Part shown: one piece after another, positions 1 through 13,445 of the stretch
How the letters are laid out: each line of letters begins with the position of its first letter
Position numbering within the stretch: the first letter of the stretch is position 1
Origin: Eledone cirrhosa
Taxonomy: Eukaryota
Direction of reading: 5' to 3'
DNA: 64,000 nt
Assembly: GCA_964016885.1 (NCBI GenBank)
Contig: OZ024752.1
Span: forward strand, 10,540,001 to 10,604,000
Translations under genes and position numbers: made by a program
The notes under the pieces: generated by a model
What the model was told of the DNA's origin: nothing
Databases searched by the model: none
Seen by the model: the letters and a program-made list of their open reading frames with translations, nothing else

Positions 1-9
1 ACACTCATA

Positions 10-88
<79 letters not shown>

Positions 89-90
89 TA

Positions 91-121
<31 letters not shown>

Positions 122-124
<3 letters not shown>

Positions 125-556
125 TAAATTTAGTCCTTCATCAGTGATCTTCCAGCCTTCATTGGTATTTCATCGCTTTAAAGACCATAAACCCCAAGTT
201 GGTGCGAGCAACGTCTAAAGAAAGTCGTTGGGACACGTAAATAGGGGGAACGAGCGAGACAGTAAACAATCAAAGATGTTAATGCAACGAAAAGTGAGGA
301 TGAAGGAGTCAAGTCCCTGAAATCGATGAATATAAGTTCTGTGAAATCGTAGACGAGAGAGAAACAAAGACCATTAGACCTGGTCGAAATGTGAGTAAGG
401 AAAGAATTTCGCACAGGTCAAACGGGAGGAAGTACGAGAGGGAGTAGCAGAGAGTCAGTGAGTGAAAGTGTGAGGAAGAGGCTAACAGAGAGAGTGACTG
501 GCAGAGGGGGTAAAAGGAAGTGAGAGATACGGAGAAAGGGGAAGCAGTAAGAAAGA

Positions 557-560
<4 letters not shown>
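122..560 (-). repeat. Dispersed repeat family A between (TA)n tracts
   Basis: Reverse complement matches 4985-5380 and is co-linear with 29275-29495 (e.g. TTAAAGCGATGAAAT...CACTGATGAAGGAC). Confidence 0.75.
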
Positions 561-592
<32 letters not shown>

Positions 593-725
593 GAGGTTAT
601 ATTTAATTTGTTGGTATTCAACAAGCTTCAAAATGTTATAACTGATACAAAGCACTCAACAATTTAGTGGAGTAAATATTCAATATATTAATAAATGGAA
701 ACTATATTTATAAAACCATAATTAC

Positions 726-786
726 TTTATTATATATATTTCAAGGGCAACCAAGGCAAATTATGGTGCGCTTTCATCAGATAAAA
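726..786 (-). ncRNA. Type I minimal hammerhead ribozyme motif
   Basis: Reverse complement of the 797-858 motif in the left arm. Confidence 0.6.
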
Positions 787-796
787 TAGAGATTTG

Positions 797-858
797 TTTT
801 ATCTGATGAATGCGCACCATAATTTGCCTTGGTTGCCCTTGAAATATATATAATAAAA
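797..858 (+). ncRNA. Type I minimal hammerhead ribozyme motif
   Basis: TTTTAT-CTGATGA-imperfect stem II-GAAA-TATATA-TA-ATAAAA; stem I TTTTAT/ATAAAA, palindromic stem III. Confidence 0.65.
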
Positions 859-900
859 TAATTATGGTTTTATAAATATAGTTTCCATTTATTAATATCT

Positions 901-949
<49 letters not shown>

Positions 950-953
<4 letters not shown>

Positions 954-1088
954 AACGTAAAATGAGAAAATTATAGTGATTAGCTTACTTAAATTTCACT
1001 CAAACTATAATTTTCTTATTTTACGTTTTTCATATAATTGTTCTGCATCCCCTTGCATTGAACCACAAAGTTACTAAGACAAAACCTA
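950..1088. mobile_element. Short fold-back element in (TA)n
   Basis: GAAAAACGTAAAATGAGAAAATTATAGT inverted at ~1005-1032, followed by a unique tail and TA. Confidence 0.55.
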
Positions 1089-1144
1089 TATATTTGCTTG
1101 CATAGGTATACATCTGTATATATATGTTGGTAGATATGCTAATT

Positions 1145-1199
<55 letters not shown>

Positions 1200-1278
1200 T
1201 ACATATATATATATTAATATATATATTAATATGATTCAAAAAATAAATAAATGAAGGCGTTCACATAATGGAAATATG

Positions 1279-1340
1279 TTTTATTATATATATTTCGGAG
1301 GTACGTTGCTGTTTTTTCAGTACGTCCTCATCAGATAAAA
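1279..1340 (-). ncRNA. Type I hammerhead motif in fold-back element ~1225-1530
   Basis: Minus strand TTTTAT-CTGATGA-GGACGTAC...GTACCTCC-GAAA-TATATA-TA-ATAAAA; same family as 7240-7630. Confidence 0.7.
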
Positions 1341-1567
1341 TACATAATAAAACATATATTTAAAAATACAAATAAAACATATATTTATATAATGTGAACG
1401 TCTTCATTTATTAATATTTTGAATAATATTAATAACTACAGAAAATGTTCTTGTTGAGTGCTTTTAATCTATTGTAAAACTATATTCATTGAGTAATCAA
1501 TGTAACTTATTAACATTTGGTTATATATTAATAAATGTATATATATATTAATATATATATATATGTA

Positions 1568-1653
<86 letters not shown>

Positions 1654-1805
1654 AAAGTAAGTCCATAGTATCATTAGATGAAATATATACAGTATTTCCT
1701 CTCCCAATCAGCATAATGAACCACACAAAAAATCAATTAAACGATCCACAGCCACAGAAGTTTTACTCAGTATTTCTAATATTTCTTATGTAAACCTCTA
1801 TATTG

Positions 1806-1872
<67 letters not shown>

Positions 1873-1934
1873 TATACATATATATATATGTAAATATATA
1901 TATATAATTTCACACTCATAACATATACTTCACA

Positions 1935-2070
<136 letters not shown>

Positions 2071-2279
2071 AACTTAATTGTTTAAGCGTCAGTCATACAA
2101 AAGTGAGTTACAAACGAAACGAAATTTAATTTCGTTTCGTTATTTGTTTTTATCGTCTCCGCTGAACCGGTGCGTACTCACACTCTATGCAAATTAGTCT
2201 GCCCACTACTAATTTTCATAGAAAAAGCATATAACGATATGTGCTTTTACAATTCTCCAGAAGGGCCGGTAGATAGGTA

Positions 2280-2324
2280 AATATTGCTGATGAGTTCTAA
2301 CAACAACGAAACTAGTTCAATATT
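2280..2324 (+). ncRNA. Type I minimal hammerhead motif
   Basis: AATATTG-CTGATGA-GTT(CTAACAAC)AAC-GAAA-CTAG-TT-CAATATT; perfect 7-bp stem I, palindromic CTAG. Confidence 0.75.
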
Positions 2325-2538
2325 CCTTGTCTGGCTTTCTGGAGAATAGAGGGAAGGTGTTCCCCCGAAAACCAGTATGACTCTAAAAACCGGTTTGTCT
2401 GTGTTTACATACAGAATAGCTGGGCCGCTCACTGTAAAGCGACCAGTGAGAGACTTGGTACACCTACATATGTATACGTGCGTGTATTCATATACACACT
2501 AGTATTTCAGTATGCATATGTAGATGTACATTTTTAAC

Positions 2539-2592
<54 letters not shown>

Positions 2593-2603
2593 CATTATAT
2601 ATG

Positions 2604-2735
<132 letters not shown>

Positions 2736-2845
2736 AGACAAAAGCTGAAAAATATCTTTTGACATGCTAAAGTACCCCCCATTGCTTTCAGACACATTCT
2801 TACTGACCATCGAATTACTCTGCTATACACACACACACACGCACG

Positions 2846-2888
<43 letters not shown>

Positions 2889-2958
2889 ATCTTAATAGCC
2901 ATTTGACACACATCGCTGCTGGCCATTGTCGCAGCATCGAACACCTTACTACTACACG

Positions 2959-3051
<93 letters not shown>

Positions 3052-3339
3052 ACACACACACATATTTGTTGTGAAAGAGTAATTTCTCAATCTTGGCGCA
3101 AAACCAATTTTTTATCCACATGACCTCTACCGACCAATCAAAATTCTTTTGACCAAGAATTTTTGCTGGAGCCACTTTTTTTAACATAAAAACAGCCTTG
3201 GCGCAAAATCAACATTTTACATTCACATGACCTCTACCGACCAATCAAAATTGTTTTGACCACAAGCATTTTTGCAACACAAAAATAACGCTGGAGCCAC
3301 TTTTTTAACATAAAAACAGGTAGAATTCCCAAACCTAAT

Positions 3340-3541
3340 CAGATCAGAGCAAACAGCACGGACACTCTATCTCAAAATTATTTTTGAAAAGCATTTAGAA
3401 ATGCGCAACCGGTAAAAACTTAAAAACTTAAAACCACAACTGAATACTAACCCATGCAATCACTAATACTATTTTATTCCTAATTAAACCATTTTTCAAC
3501 TGTGAACAATTTGTCAGCATTTTCTATTCCGTTTACCAATA
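3340..3541 (+). repeat. Single-arm copy of the 24691-25084 fold-back family
   Basis: Near-identical to the right arm 24884-25084; diverged third copy at ~27075-27260. Confidence 0.8.
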
Positions 3542-3543
3542 TA

Positions 3544-3606
<63 letters not shown>

Positions 3607-3696
3607 GTATATATATATGTATATATATATATGTATATATATATGTATATATATGTATATATATATGTATATATATATGTATATATATATATGTAA

Positions 3697-3780
<84 letters not shown>

Positions 3781-3784
3781 GTAT

Positions 3785-3822
<38 letters not shown>

Positions 3823-3823
3823 G

Positions 3824-3893
<70 letters not shown>

Positions 3894-3896
3894 TTA

Positions 3897-3966
<70 letters not shown>
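3540..3966. repeat. (TA)n microsatellite with TG interruptions, representative of dozens of (TA)n/(CA)n tracts
   Basis: Direct inspection. Confidence 0.95.
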
Positions 3967-3969
<3 letters not shown>

Positions 3970-4006
3970 TGTGAAGTATATGTTATGAGTGCGAAATTAT
4001 ATATAT

Positions 4007-4288
4007 ACGAAGGGCCGATCTCCACACCGATCTCAAGCTGTGGCACGCCGCCCAGGCTTTTCTCTTCCTCTCAACCACATAATCTTCCGTATTCCCAATC
4101 TTTGCTCCCAAATACAGGAAGTCCTCAACCAATTCTAACGGCTTCCCACCTACATTAGTGATCCCCTGTGACTTCTCAACATTCTCTACCAGATATTTTG
4201 TTTTAGGCTCATTCATTCTCAGCCCCACACTCATTGACATAGTCCTGCATCAAATCCTCTGCCTCCTTCACTGTATTTGGCACCAAAT
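4007..4288 (-). pseudogene. RTE-clade LINE reverse transcriptase C-terminal fragment (inverted segment)
   Basis: Translation VGLRMNEPKTKY...LELVEDFLYLGAKI...RKRKAWAACHSLRSVW resembles the LINE RT thumb (GL.IN..KTK, V..F.YLG). Confidence 0.75.
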
Positions 4289-4289
4289 A

Positions 4290-4684
4290 ATGCTGTAGTT
4301 GAGTCTGACAAAGAAACTCACTCAGATGGTGGATGGGTGCTACACAAAAATGCTGAAGATGTCTCTGAACATTAATCAGTATACACTGAAGATGAGAAAC
4401 TGAGAGCTGTATAGAAGCCTCCCAAAAGTCAGCTCAAAATGACACAGAGGAGACTAAGGTTAGCTGGACATGCTCACCGGCATCCAGAGTTGACATTGCA
4501 CTCAGTGCTCCTGTGGGAGCCCCTACATGGACACCCTGGAAGTGGAAGACCAAGGTTAACGTATGTTGATGCCCTAAAGACATACACTGGTCTGTTAGAG
4601 ACGCAGGACAAGGCAGCGATAATTAGGGACAGAGACCGCTGCAGAGAACTCGTCCATGGATCTCGCGAATATTACGCGCCCTAG
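4290..4684 (+). pseudogene. RTE-clade LINE ORF 3' end
   Basis: DGCYTKMLKMSLNI...RRLRLAGHAHRHPE...VLLWEPLHG..GRPRLTYVDAL is typical of RTE/RTEX C-termini; frameshifted. Confidence 0.8.
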
Positions 4685-5445
4685 AATCGTTGCTCGCACC
4701 AACCGGAGGTATATGATCTTTAAAGCGATGAAATGCCTATGATAGTTGGAAGATCACTGATGAAGGACAAATGTTTTTCATATGTAACCCATTTGCAACT
4801 CCGCAGCGCCCTTATTATCATATTTACACATATTTTTTCCTCTGCTGCTACACCGCCTTTTTCGTTCTATGTATCTTTACCCTTTCTAGCAGTCTCTCTC
4901 TCTGTTAGCCTTTTCCTCACCCTTCACTCACTCATTCCCTGTCACTACCTCTCCACCTCCTCTTTCTTCCCGTTTGACCTGTGAGTAATTCTTTTCTCTC
5001 ACATTCTCGGCCAAGCTGGTCGGAATATTTTCTCTCTCGTCTACGATTTCACAGAACTTATGTTTACCGAATTCGCAGACCGCTTCTTCCTCCCGTTAGA
5101 CCTGTGCGAAATTCCTTCCTTGCTCACATTTCAACCAGGTTTGATGGTCTTTATTCTCTCGTTCACGATTTCACCGAACTTAAATTCATAGAAATCTGGG
5201 ACTTGTCTCCTTCTTCCTCACTTTCTGTTGCTTCACCATTTTGTTTGTTTACCCTCGCGTCCCCTTTATTTACGTGTCCCAACGACTTTTTCTAGCCGTT
5301 GCTCGCACCAACCGGAGGTATATTGTCTTTAAAGCGATGAAATGCCTATGATAGTTGGAAGATCACTGATGAAGGACAAACTTTTTTCATATGTAACCCA
5401 TTTGCAACTCCGCAGCGCCCTTATTATCATATTTATATATATATT
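4685..5445 (+). repeat. Family A repeat with direct terminal duplication (4688-4825 ~ 5297-5435)
   Basis: CGTTGCTCGCACCAACCGGAGG...GCGCCCTTATTATCATATTTA occurs twice, ~609 bp apart. Confidence 0.7.
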
Positions 5446-5684
5446 AATATATATATACATATTATATATAATTATTTTTAAAATAATATATATATATATG
5501 CAGAGGTTATATTTAATTTCTTGGGATTCAACAAGTTTAAAACATGTTTTATAACTGATATAAAGCACTCACCAGTTTAGTGGAGTAAATACACAATATA
5601 TTAATAAATGGAAACTATGTTTATAAAGCCATATTTATTTTATTATACATATTTCAAGGGCAACCAAGACAAATTATGGTGCGC

Positions 5685-5778
<94 letters not shown>

Positions 5779-5873
5779 TACAGAATTGGATAATGTATTT
5801 AATATTCAAGTAACGTTTTTATATATAAGAAAAGTATGGGGAATTACTTGCACATAGCAATTTATGATTGTTT

Positions 5874-5910
<37 letters not shown>

Positions 5911-5915
<5 letters not shown>

Positions 5916-6272
5916 AATGAATAATAACAGGTAGACATCATAAAAAGGTAGTTTATTCCGTGTGCTTACAAGTGTTTCCACGGTGGTGCTGCAGACTGGT
6001 TCCGCTACGTGCAAATTCACAAGTATTTGCAGAACTCGAATATCCAATGCTGTGACCACCGTGGAAACACTTGTAAGCACACGGAATAAACTACCTTTTT
6101 ATGATGTCTACCTGTTATTATTCATTCTTTATATACACTCCGGAATACTGAAGGATCAGGAACTAAGTTTCTTGAACAATTCTTCCATAACTCGTAGAGT
6201 AACCTCTTACCGTACGTCAACCATATCCAGTGTAGTAATTAACCATCACTACATCTTGGATAATCCTATACC

Positions 6273-6275
<3 letters not shown>
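5911..6275. mobile_element. Fold-back element (arms 5911-5987 / 6055-6131) plus tail in (TA)n
   Basis: Perfect ~77-bp inverted arms; only the 3' half of an HHR (GAAA-CACTTG-TA) is retained. Confidence 0.7.
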
Positions 6276-6315
<40 letters not shown>

Positions 6316-6514
6316 TTTTTTAATATAAGTAACTGTTTCTTTGTTTATTCATTATTTTTATTAATATATATATATATATTTTAATATAGATGATATTCTA
6401 AAGAATGAAACAGTTCTAGTCCTGTAGAATCTCATCTATATTAAAACTTTTATACTCTGCAATGTATTGAGTACCTTACTTACTGTGGCTACCTCCGATT
6501 CAACCCGGAATAAC

Positions 6515-6569
<55 letters not shown>

Positions 6570-6753
6570 GAGTGTGAAATACCTTGCAGGAAGATTGATG
6601 TATGTAATTAAAACTGTTATTTCTTTTAAATGTTTTCATGCAAATCTGTATATAACTCTGGGCCACTTCCATCCGTCTTTAGTATATATATATATATATA
6701 TATAAAATAAAGTTAAATAAAAGTCAAATGATTAAAATTTAGCTTCGTTTATT

Positions 6754-6808
6754 ACTGCTATATATATTTCAGTGACAGCCATCTTTGGCTGTGACCTCTT
6801 CAGGCAGT
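6754..6808 (-). ncRNA. Type I hammerhead motif (inverted arm)
   Basis: Exact reverse complement of 7028-7082. Confidence 0.75.
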
Positions 6809-7027
6809 TTCAACTAGTATGGTATAGACAAGTACATATCTTGTTTAGGTGTATAATATTGTCAATACTCTGATATGCCCAGTTCCTTGTTGGGTTGTTA
6901 ATTCACTGAGGAACTGGAGTCATTCCTCAGTGAAATAACAACCCAACAAGGAACTGGGCATATCAAAGTATTGACAATATTATACACCTAAACAACATGT
7001 GTACTTGTCTATACCACACTAATTCAA

Positions 7028-7082
7028 ACTGCCTGAAGAGGTCACAGCCAAAGATGGCTGTCACTGAAATATATATAGCAGT
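7028..7082 (+). ncRNA. Type I hammerhead motif
   Basis: ACTGC-CTGAAGA-G-GTCACAGCCA(AAGA)TGGCTGTCAC-T-GAAA-TATATA-TA-GCAGT. Confidence 0.8.
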
Positions 7083-7239
7083 AATAAACGAAGCTAAATT
7101 TTAATCATTTGACTTTTATTTAACTTTATTTTACACTACTCCGGAGTAACCAAACCAACATGCGCACTTCGTCGAGTCTCCATACTAAGGTGTTGGTATA
7201 CAACCAACATAAACTCAAAATCTATCTATATATATATAT

Positions 7240-7632
7240 AACCAAATGTTAAACAAGGTTCATTGATTATTCAATGAATATAGTTTTACAATAGATTAAA
7301 AGCACTCAACAAGAAGGCTTTCTGGATTTTATATTCAACATTAATAAATGGATACATTCACATAATCAAAATATGTTTTATTAGATATATTTCGGAGGTA
7401 CTGTGCTGTTTTTTCAGTACGTCCTCATCAGATAAAATACATAAATTGCCAAGACTTCCAAGATTAGAATTGAACCATCAGCACAGTTGAGGTATGCCAT
7501 ACATCAATTTATGTATGTATCTGATGAGGACGTACTGAAAAAACAGCACAGTACCTCTGAAATATATATAATAAAACATATATGTTCATTATGTGAATGT
7601 ATCCATTTATTAATACTTTTATTTTGAATAAT
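7240..7632. mobile_element. Fold-back element with two hammerheads (7376-7437 minus; ~7518-7573 plus)
   Basis: CTGATGA-GGACGTACTG...CAGTACCTCT-GAAA-TATATA-TA at 7521-7570, with an inverted copy upstream. Confidence 0.75.
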
Positions 7633-9135
7633 ATATATATATATATATATATATATCGTACAGAATTGGATAATGTATTTAATATTCAAGTAACGTTTTT
7701 CATATATAAGTAACGTATGGGGAATTACTTTCACATAGCAATTTATGATTTTTACACTAGAAGGTATAGAATAAGTCTATCGATCGAGTACATGGTTGTT
7801 ATTTATTTTAGAACATCACGGTCAATGTTATTCTAAAAGCATATAAATACATATTTCGGATTCGTTGGTGAAACAATTTGTATGACTCTGCAATGCCCTG
7901 CGCTATGTCATTCATTGAAAAGTAGATGTTTATACTAAATACATTCTATATATTCTGAAACATTATTATAATATTGACAAAAGAATCCATGAAACAGACC
8001 AAAACTGTGGCTTCTATATTTTGGAGATCTGATATATTACTATAGACTCTATAGTTCCTCTATATTATAGAGAAACGCTAAAGTAAATAAATATTTGTGA
8101 TTCTTTGCAAATGCAGCACGTATTTTAATCCTATGTTTAGTTTGTAATTATTTGATGGCAGGATTTATCACAACACATCCAGATTCCTATCTCTTGTTAT
8201 GCAATATATTAGGCGTGAATGAATGGTCAAATATGTATCTGTCACTGCCTCATTGCGTCACATCTGTGGATTATTGCGACTCAGTGTGTCGATAGATTTC
8301 AAGCATTTCGGGGAGCTTCCTGTTTGGAATTATCCTACTAGTTGCTAGTATTGCGCGCAGTACCTGTGAATACACCTTTGAACAATTAGCCATCTCTTTG
8401 TGAAGTTGGCACTCCCTACCCATGCATTTTTTGTCTGTGGTGACACATTATTCTCAATACAATCCCAGGTAATAATTTCGTGTAAGCTGTATTTGTATAT
8501 GGAAGTCGTTATTGGCCAATTCCTTTACTTCTGTATATTGATTCTCTGATACACACAACATATTTAGGCTTGACGGAGGGCGTTACTCGTTAGCAGTATT
8601 TGTAGTTTATTTATTGCCCAATTCAGGTGATATTTATGATATTGGTTGCCTCAGCAGCTGATTGGTATCATGTGGGGGTGATGTAAGTCTACCATCACCA
8701 ATTAACTTCGGCTCTAATCGAAACGTTCCTACAAGACGTAGGGTGTCCTGAAATTCCTCAGAATAATTACTGCTTTCTGAATAAATCTCATAATCTTTGT
8801 AGCCAAATGTATCTATTGTCAGAAGCATTTGAATTCCCCAGATATTGTCCAATATTCACTCGGTGACTTATCGCTGAATTATAAATGTTTCCAAGCTTGC
8901 AATGACAATCAAATTGCCGTCAACATCCTGTTCTTGGCTTCTAGATTTTCTCTCCATTTCCCCCATAGTCAAACATATTTATGGTATTTATGGTGCCTCT
9001 CCCATCCTTCCAGCCACTGTCAATTTCCTTTCCTCCTTTCATTCCAAAGTCTTCTAGGATTCTCTATACCGACTGAGCTGAGAATCATTCCTATTTGAAT
9101 CCGATTGGATAGAACCCTAAATGAAGGTGTTATCA

Positions 9136-9509
9136 CTATATTACTTTTTAACCCGCTGACGCGTATGTGTATATATGTGTGTGTCTGCGTATGTGCATAT
9201 GCATGCATTTATATGTATGAGTATGTAAATATAAAAGCGCAGACATAGACACACTTAGAAAAATACACACTCACAGGCATACATTCACACAAATACACAT
9301 ACATTCACACAAATACACACACATTATTTTACACAAACACACACATATACACTCACTCACATAGTGTAGCAAATGGAACTAAGCCACTGTTTTGATATAG
9401 TGTTTTCACCTTCACCTTTCTTCCTTTTTACATTAACATACATTCACACAAATACTCTCACACACACACGTCGTGTGACGGACGGAAGTCGGTCAATTTT
9501 ATATATAGA
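9136..9509 (-). mobile_element. Non-autonomous Helitron-like element with internal (CA)n
   Basis: Minus strand starts TCTATATATAAA and ends in a GC-rich subterminal motif then ATAG|T; homologous to 34880-35205 and ~20080-20476. Confidence 0.55.
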
Positions 9510-10479
9510 TGACACTCGTGAAAACCTTCTGGTATATATCACGATTTCTTTGAAAGCCTTGATCAACGTTTATAAAGATTCAGTAGATGTAAATCAATCA
9601 TAAGTGATTTGGAATTACAAATAAAATTATGGCGGTCAGTACATCTATCAAATGAATGCTATTCGTCGAAGCTAACGAAGGACCAATTACCATTATAGAC
9701 ATGCATTTATTTTCTTTGACTTTTCTGAAATAATTAATTAGGTTATTAATATTCTTTAAATAAAATACGAAGAAACGCAGTACATCAACAATTCTCTATC
9801 TTAATTGCTTCAACAATGAGAAAATACATTGCATCAATAATTAGTTAATAATTAGTTCTCTAACGTCTTCCGGATTTCTAAGAAAAAATTAACATGAAAT
9901 CAATTAGTATGCTTTCGACGTTTCACCTTTCAGCACTACATTATCTCACAATACCCTATTGTAATTCCCTTCAGAACATTTTTGCATGGTGAATGCATGG
10001 CATACAACTTTCCTACCGGTCATTGTACAAAGTCTGCCACTCTATAGGTCAATCCTCATTTACAATAAGTGTTTTATTATTCCAATCATTTAAAATTAAT
10101 TCCAAAATGTTCCTATCATTTTTCATGGAAATAGGATCTAATAAGTATTAATATTTATTTTCCAGCGCATCTCCCTTACCATCCTCCGGGGAAACGCCTT
10201 CTCCATTTTGTCCGCCGGGGCTGTGTGGAGCCCAGCACGCGGGACCCCATTTGCTCACCATAGAGAGAGATGGGGAGGGCGAGAGAGATAGAAGCGATGA
10301 CAGTGGGAGGGCAACTCTTCCACGTTCGGACAACATCCTTGTGGTTGAGTTCATTATTTGTTACATTTGACAAAAACCTGAACTCTCTTTAATTTCAAGA
10401 GACAACTGACAAACAGTACTGATCTACAGTACTTATACATCAACAAACTCGCAATTATATACAGTTGAATATTCTTATA

Positions 10480-10670
10480 TAATTGTTTCGACTTTTGGCA
10501 CAAGGCCAGCAAATTCACCAGTGTATTACTAGTACTTTGTTTTATCGACCCCATATGGATGAAAGGCAAAGTTAACCACGGCAGGATTTGAACTCAGAAT
10601 GGCAAGGGGCGTAACTCTATGCGTCTTCAAATCATGCCGTCCGACTCTCTACCGATACTGCCAATCTACT
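10480..10670 (-). mobile_element. tRNA-derived SINE, main family
   Basis: A-box TTGGCAGTATCGGTAG, B-box GAGTTCAAATCC, core GCCTTTCATCC...GGGGTCGATAAA (Deu/Nin-like, from recall), tail TGTGCCAAAAGTAGAAACAATT. Confidence 0.85.
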
Positions 10671-11383
10671 ACATATACATGAATGGATCTGATCATAATT
10701 TTCAATACAGGAGAGTTAAACTGAGTTATCTGAAACACATACCAACAATTCATTTATCATTTTTATATGGCATATTCAATCTTACTCGTGCTCGCTTTAC
10801 GTCACAAGTAAGAAGGTCATTATTCCGTTAGCTACAAAAGTAATATATGTTGACAGTTAATGTCAGTATAACACAAAATATATTGACCCGATCACATACA
10901 GGACATATCATGCAAGTAATAATTCTATTAGTACTGACATTTAAGTTAAAGGTAACATAATTTTGTTATTTTGATATGGAACATTATACTTCTGATTCAA
11001 ATTGCATAGAAGTGCATAAAATGTAATTACGATGATAGCTATGCTAACCCTTGCCATATACAAATGAAATATAACCGCAAATTGAAGTGTAGCATTTCAG
11101 GAAATGGAAGATACTAGGATTACAACCAATATTAGAGAACGTATAGGCATTATAACACTAAAAGACAATGTGCTAATAAAGGTTTCTGATTTAAGCACAA
11201 GGCTAGCAGTTGTGCGGATTGAAAATCGACCCCAGTGCGGATGAAAGGCAAAGCTAACTTCGGCGGGATTTAACTGATAATTTAAGGGCGCAATTCTACG
11301 TCATGAAGCAGGGTGTCCGACACTCTACCAACCTACGATGCGCCGATAATACTAGTGGAAATGAATTATATTTAAAATTTTAA

Positions 11384-11662
11384 GGCGGTGGATTGGCAGT
11401 ATCGGTAGAGAGTCGGACGCCATGCTTTGCAGCATAGTTACGTCCTTTTACGGTCTGAATCAAATACCGCCGAGGTTAACTTTGCCTTTCATCCTTACGG
11501 GGTCGATAAAATAAAGTACCAGTAATACACTGAGATAATTGCTGGCCTTGTGCTAAAGTAGAAACAATTATAATTTATTCATGCTTACGGAGTCGATAAA
11601 ATAAAGTAACAGTAATGTAGTGGATAATTGCGGGCCTTGTACCAAATGTAGAAACAATTATA
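11384..11662 (+). mobile_element. tRNA-derived SINE with duplicated 3' half
   Basis: Full copy 11384-11570, then a repeat of core and tail at 11578-11662; degenerate minus-strand copy at ~11180-11345. Confidence 0.85.
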
Positions 11663-11932
11663 ATTTAAAATTTCAAAAGACATCAATGGAATAAATATTC
11701 GTCTAAATTCTACATCGAAAGCTCACGGGATCGTACACACATGTAAAGCAGAACTTAATAGAGAATCCAACAGAAATATATATGGAAAATAAATATATAA
11801 AATTTATCGGAACTTCTGTTTAGATCTAATAACAAAGTATATCGCATCTTTGATAGAAATGAAAGTCAAATAAAAGAATAAATCTCAAGCACTATCATAT
11901 TTTTATCAGAGACCATTAATTTACTTTGAAAT

Positions 11933-12310
11933 GGCAGTGAATTGGCAGTATCGGTAGAGGGTCGGACATGCTTTCCAGCATAGTTACGACCCTTTACGAT
12001 CTCAGTTCAAATCCCGCCGAGGTTAACTTTACCTTTCATCCATGCGGGGTCGATAACATAAAGTACCAGTAATGTACTGGTAATTTGCTGGCCTTGTGCC
12101 TAAAAATAGAAACAATTAATTTACTTTGATTAGAGTATTGGTAGAGGGTCGGACGCCATGCTTTGACGCATAGAGTTACGGCCCTTGCTATTCCCAGTTC
12201 AAATCTCGCCGAGGTTAACTTTGCCTTTCATCATTACGAGGTCGATAAAATAAAAGTACCAGTAATGTACTGGTTATTTGTCGGCCTTATGCCAAAAGTA
12301 GAAACAAGTA
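11933..12310 (+). mobile_element. Two tandem tRNA-derived SINE copies
   Basis: First copy flanked by ATTAATTTACTTTGA direct repeats (~11915 and ~12115); second copy 12135-12310. Confidence 0.85.
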
Positions 12311-12520
12311 ATTTACTTTAGAGAAACATATGACAGAATGGAGAAGGCGTTTCCTTAGAGGACGGCAAGGGAGACGCGCTGGAAAAGCCATTACAAAGTT
12401 AGTGGTGCATCAATAGTTTCAATTTTCAAGGTTGCATATAAACAAGTTGATACTTCCTGTATAGGTGGAGATACGTATTCCAAATGTTATCTATTTGGAA
12501 TTCAGTAAAATACACACGCA

Positions 12521-12574
<54 letters not shown>

Positions 12575-12739
12575 AAAGTTATAGATATATACATGTTGCA
12601 ACTGGTCACTTTTAAGCTCTATGAAGAATTAATAAATTAAAAAATCAGAGCAATATATCATAAATCATGTCTTTAGAATTATCTGATGATTCTATATGTA
12701 TATATGTATATATGTATATATATATAAATATATATATCT

Positions 12740-13445
12740 TGGTTGTCCATCGTAAACGATGATGACATCTTCGTTATTGTTGTTCCCGTCTGCCGTGGGC
12801 ATGAAGGTGGCTGTGTAGGCCGATCCTTGACTTGCAGGTCCGGGGACAGTGGGGACAGAGGAAGAGACCGGAGTCAGATCGGCTACTCCCAGATGTTACC
12901 TCCAGCTGTTACCTCCAACTCTCGCCCATCTCTGCAGGGCTTTGTGAGTGCACACTAAAGAAAAAACCTGTGTGGGAAAGGTTTATAGTTGGAGGGCCAA
13001 TGCACAGTGACGTACCGCTCACTCGGCCGCAGAAGCCAGAATCCGGTGGTATGGAGGACCGTCACGACAGGGACTTCCTTGGCTGCAGTGGATGGCCACG
13101 ACGTCTGTAGTGCCTTGCCGTGCCCTAGCGCTCCACACCGCTTGCTGTCCCCGCCTTCGTGACTGTTGGGACGATGTTGCCCTCCTCCACTCACTCCGCC
13201 GGGTCCAGTCTTCGCATGCAGGGGAAGGCATGCCCTATCTAACTAACTGGGGGGTTTCAGACCCATCCGGCTACCCTGAACCTGTTTCGGCCCTCCAGCC
13301 AAGGCGGTTAACCTGGGTGTGGCCGCTGTCGCATGCTACAGTTTCTTGGGGTCACAGGTGAGATGTGAGTGTCAGGTGGGACCCAATGCAGGACGAGCTG
13401 TCTTGAAAAGGGCATGGCTAGCCCTCCCTGACTCCTCAGTCATAT
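12740..13445 (-). mobile_element. Probable internally deleted RTE-type LINE (UTR-derived)
   Basis: GC-rich island in AT-rich DNA flanked by TA; motifs such as GGCTACCCTGAACCTG...GGGTGTGGCCGCTGTCGCATGC resemble RTE UTRs (recall only). Confidence 0.35.

Larger units (their letters stand above)
589..902. mobile_element. Fold-back PLE-like non-autonomous element (arms ~686-786 / 797-898) in (TA)n
   Basis: About 100-bp near-perfect inverted arms plus a unique extension on one side. Truncated second copy at 5500-5690; relative at 44075-44175. Confidence 0.75.
6703..7230. mobile_element. Fold-back element (arms ~6703-6913 / 6923-7133) plus ~95-bp tail in (TA)n
   Basis: About 210-bp near-perfect inverted repeat with one HHR per arm. 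Confidence 0.85.

Noticed and set aside
4757-4770. CTGATGA in family A as a hammerhead
   Set aside because: No downstream stem II-GAAA-UH arrangement.
8634-8852. 72-aa minus-strand ORF in non-repetitive DNA
   Set aside because: No recognisable motif; surrounding frames are interrupted.
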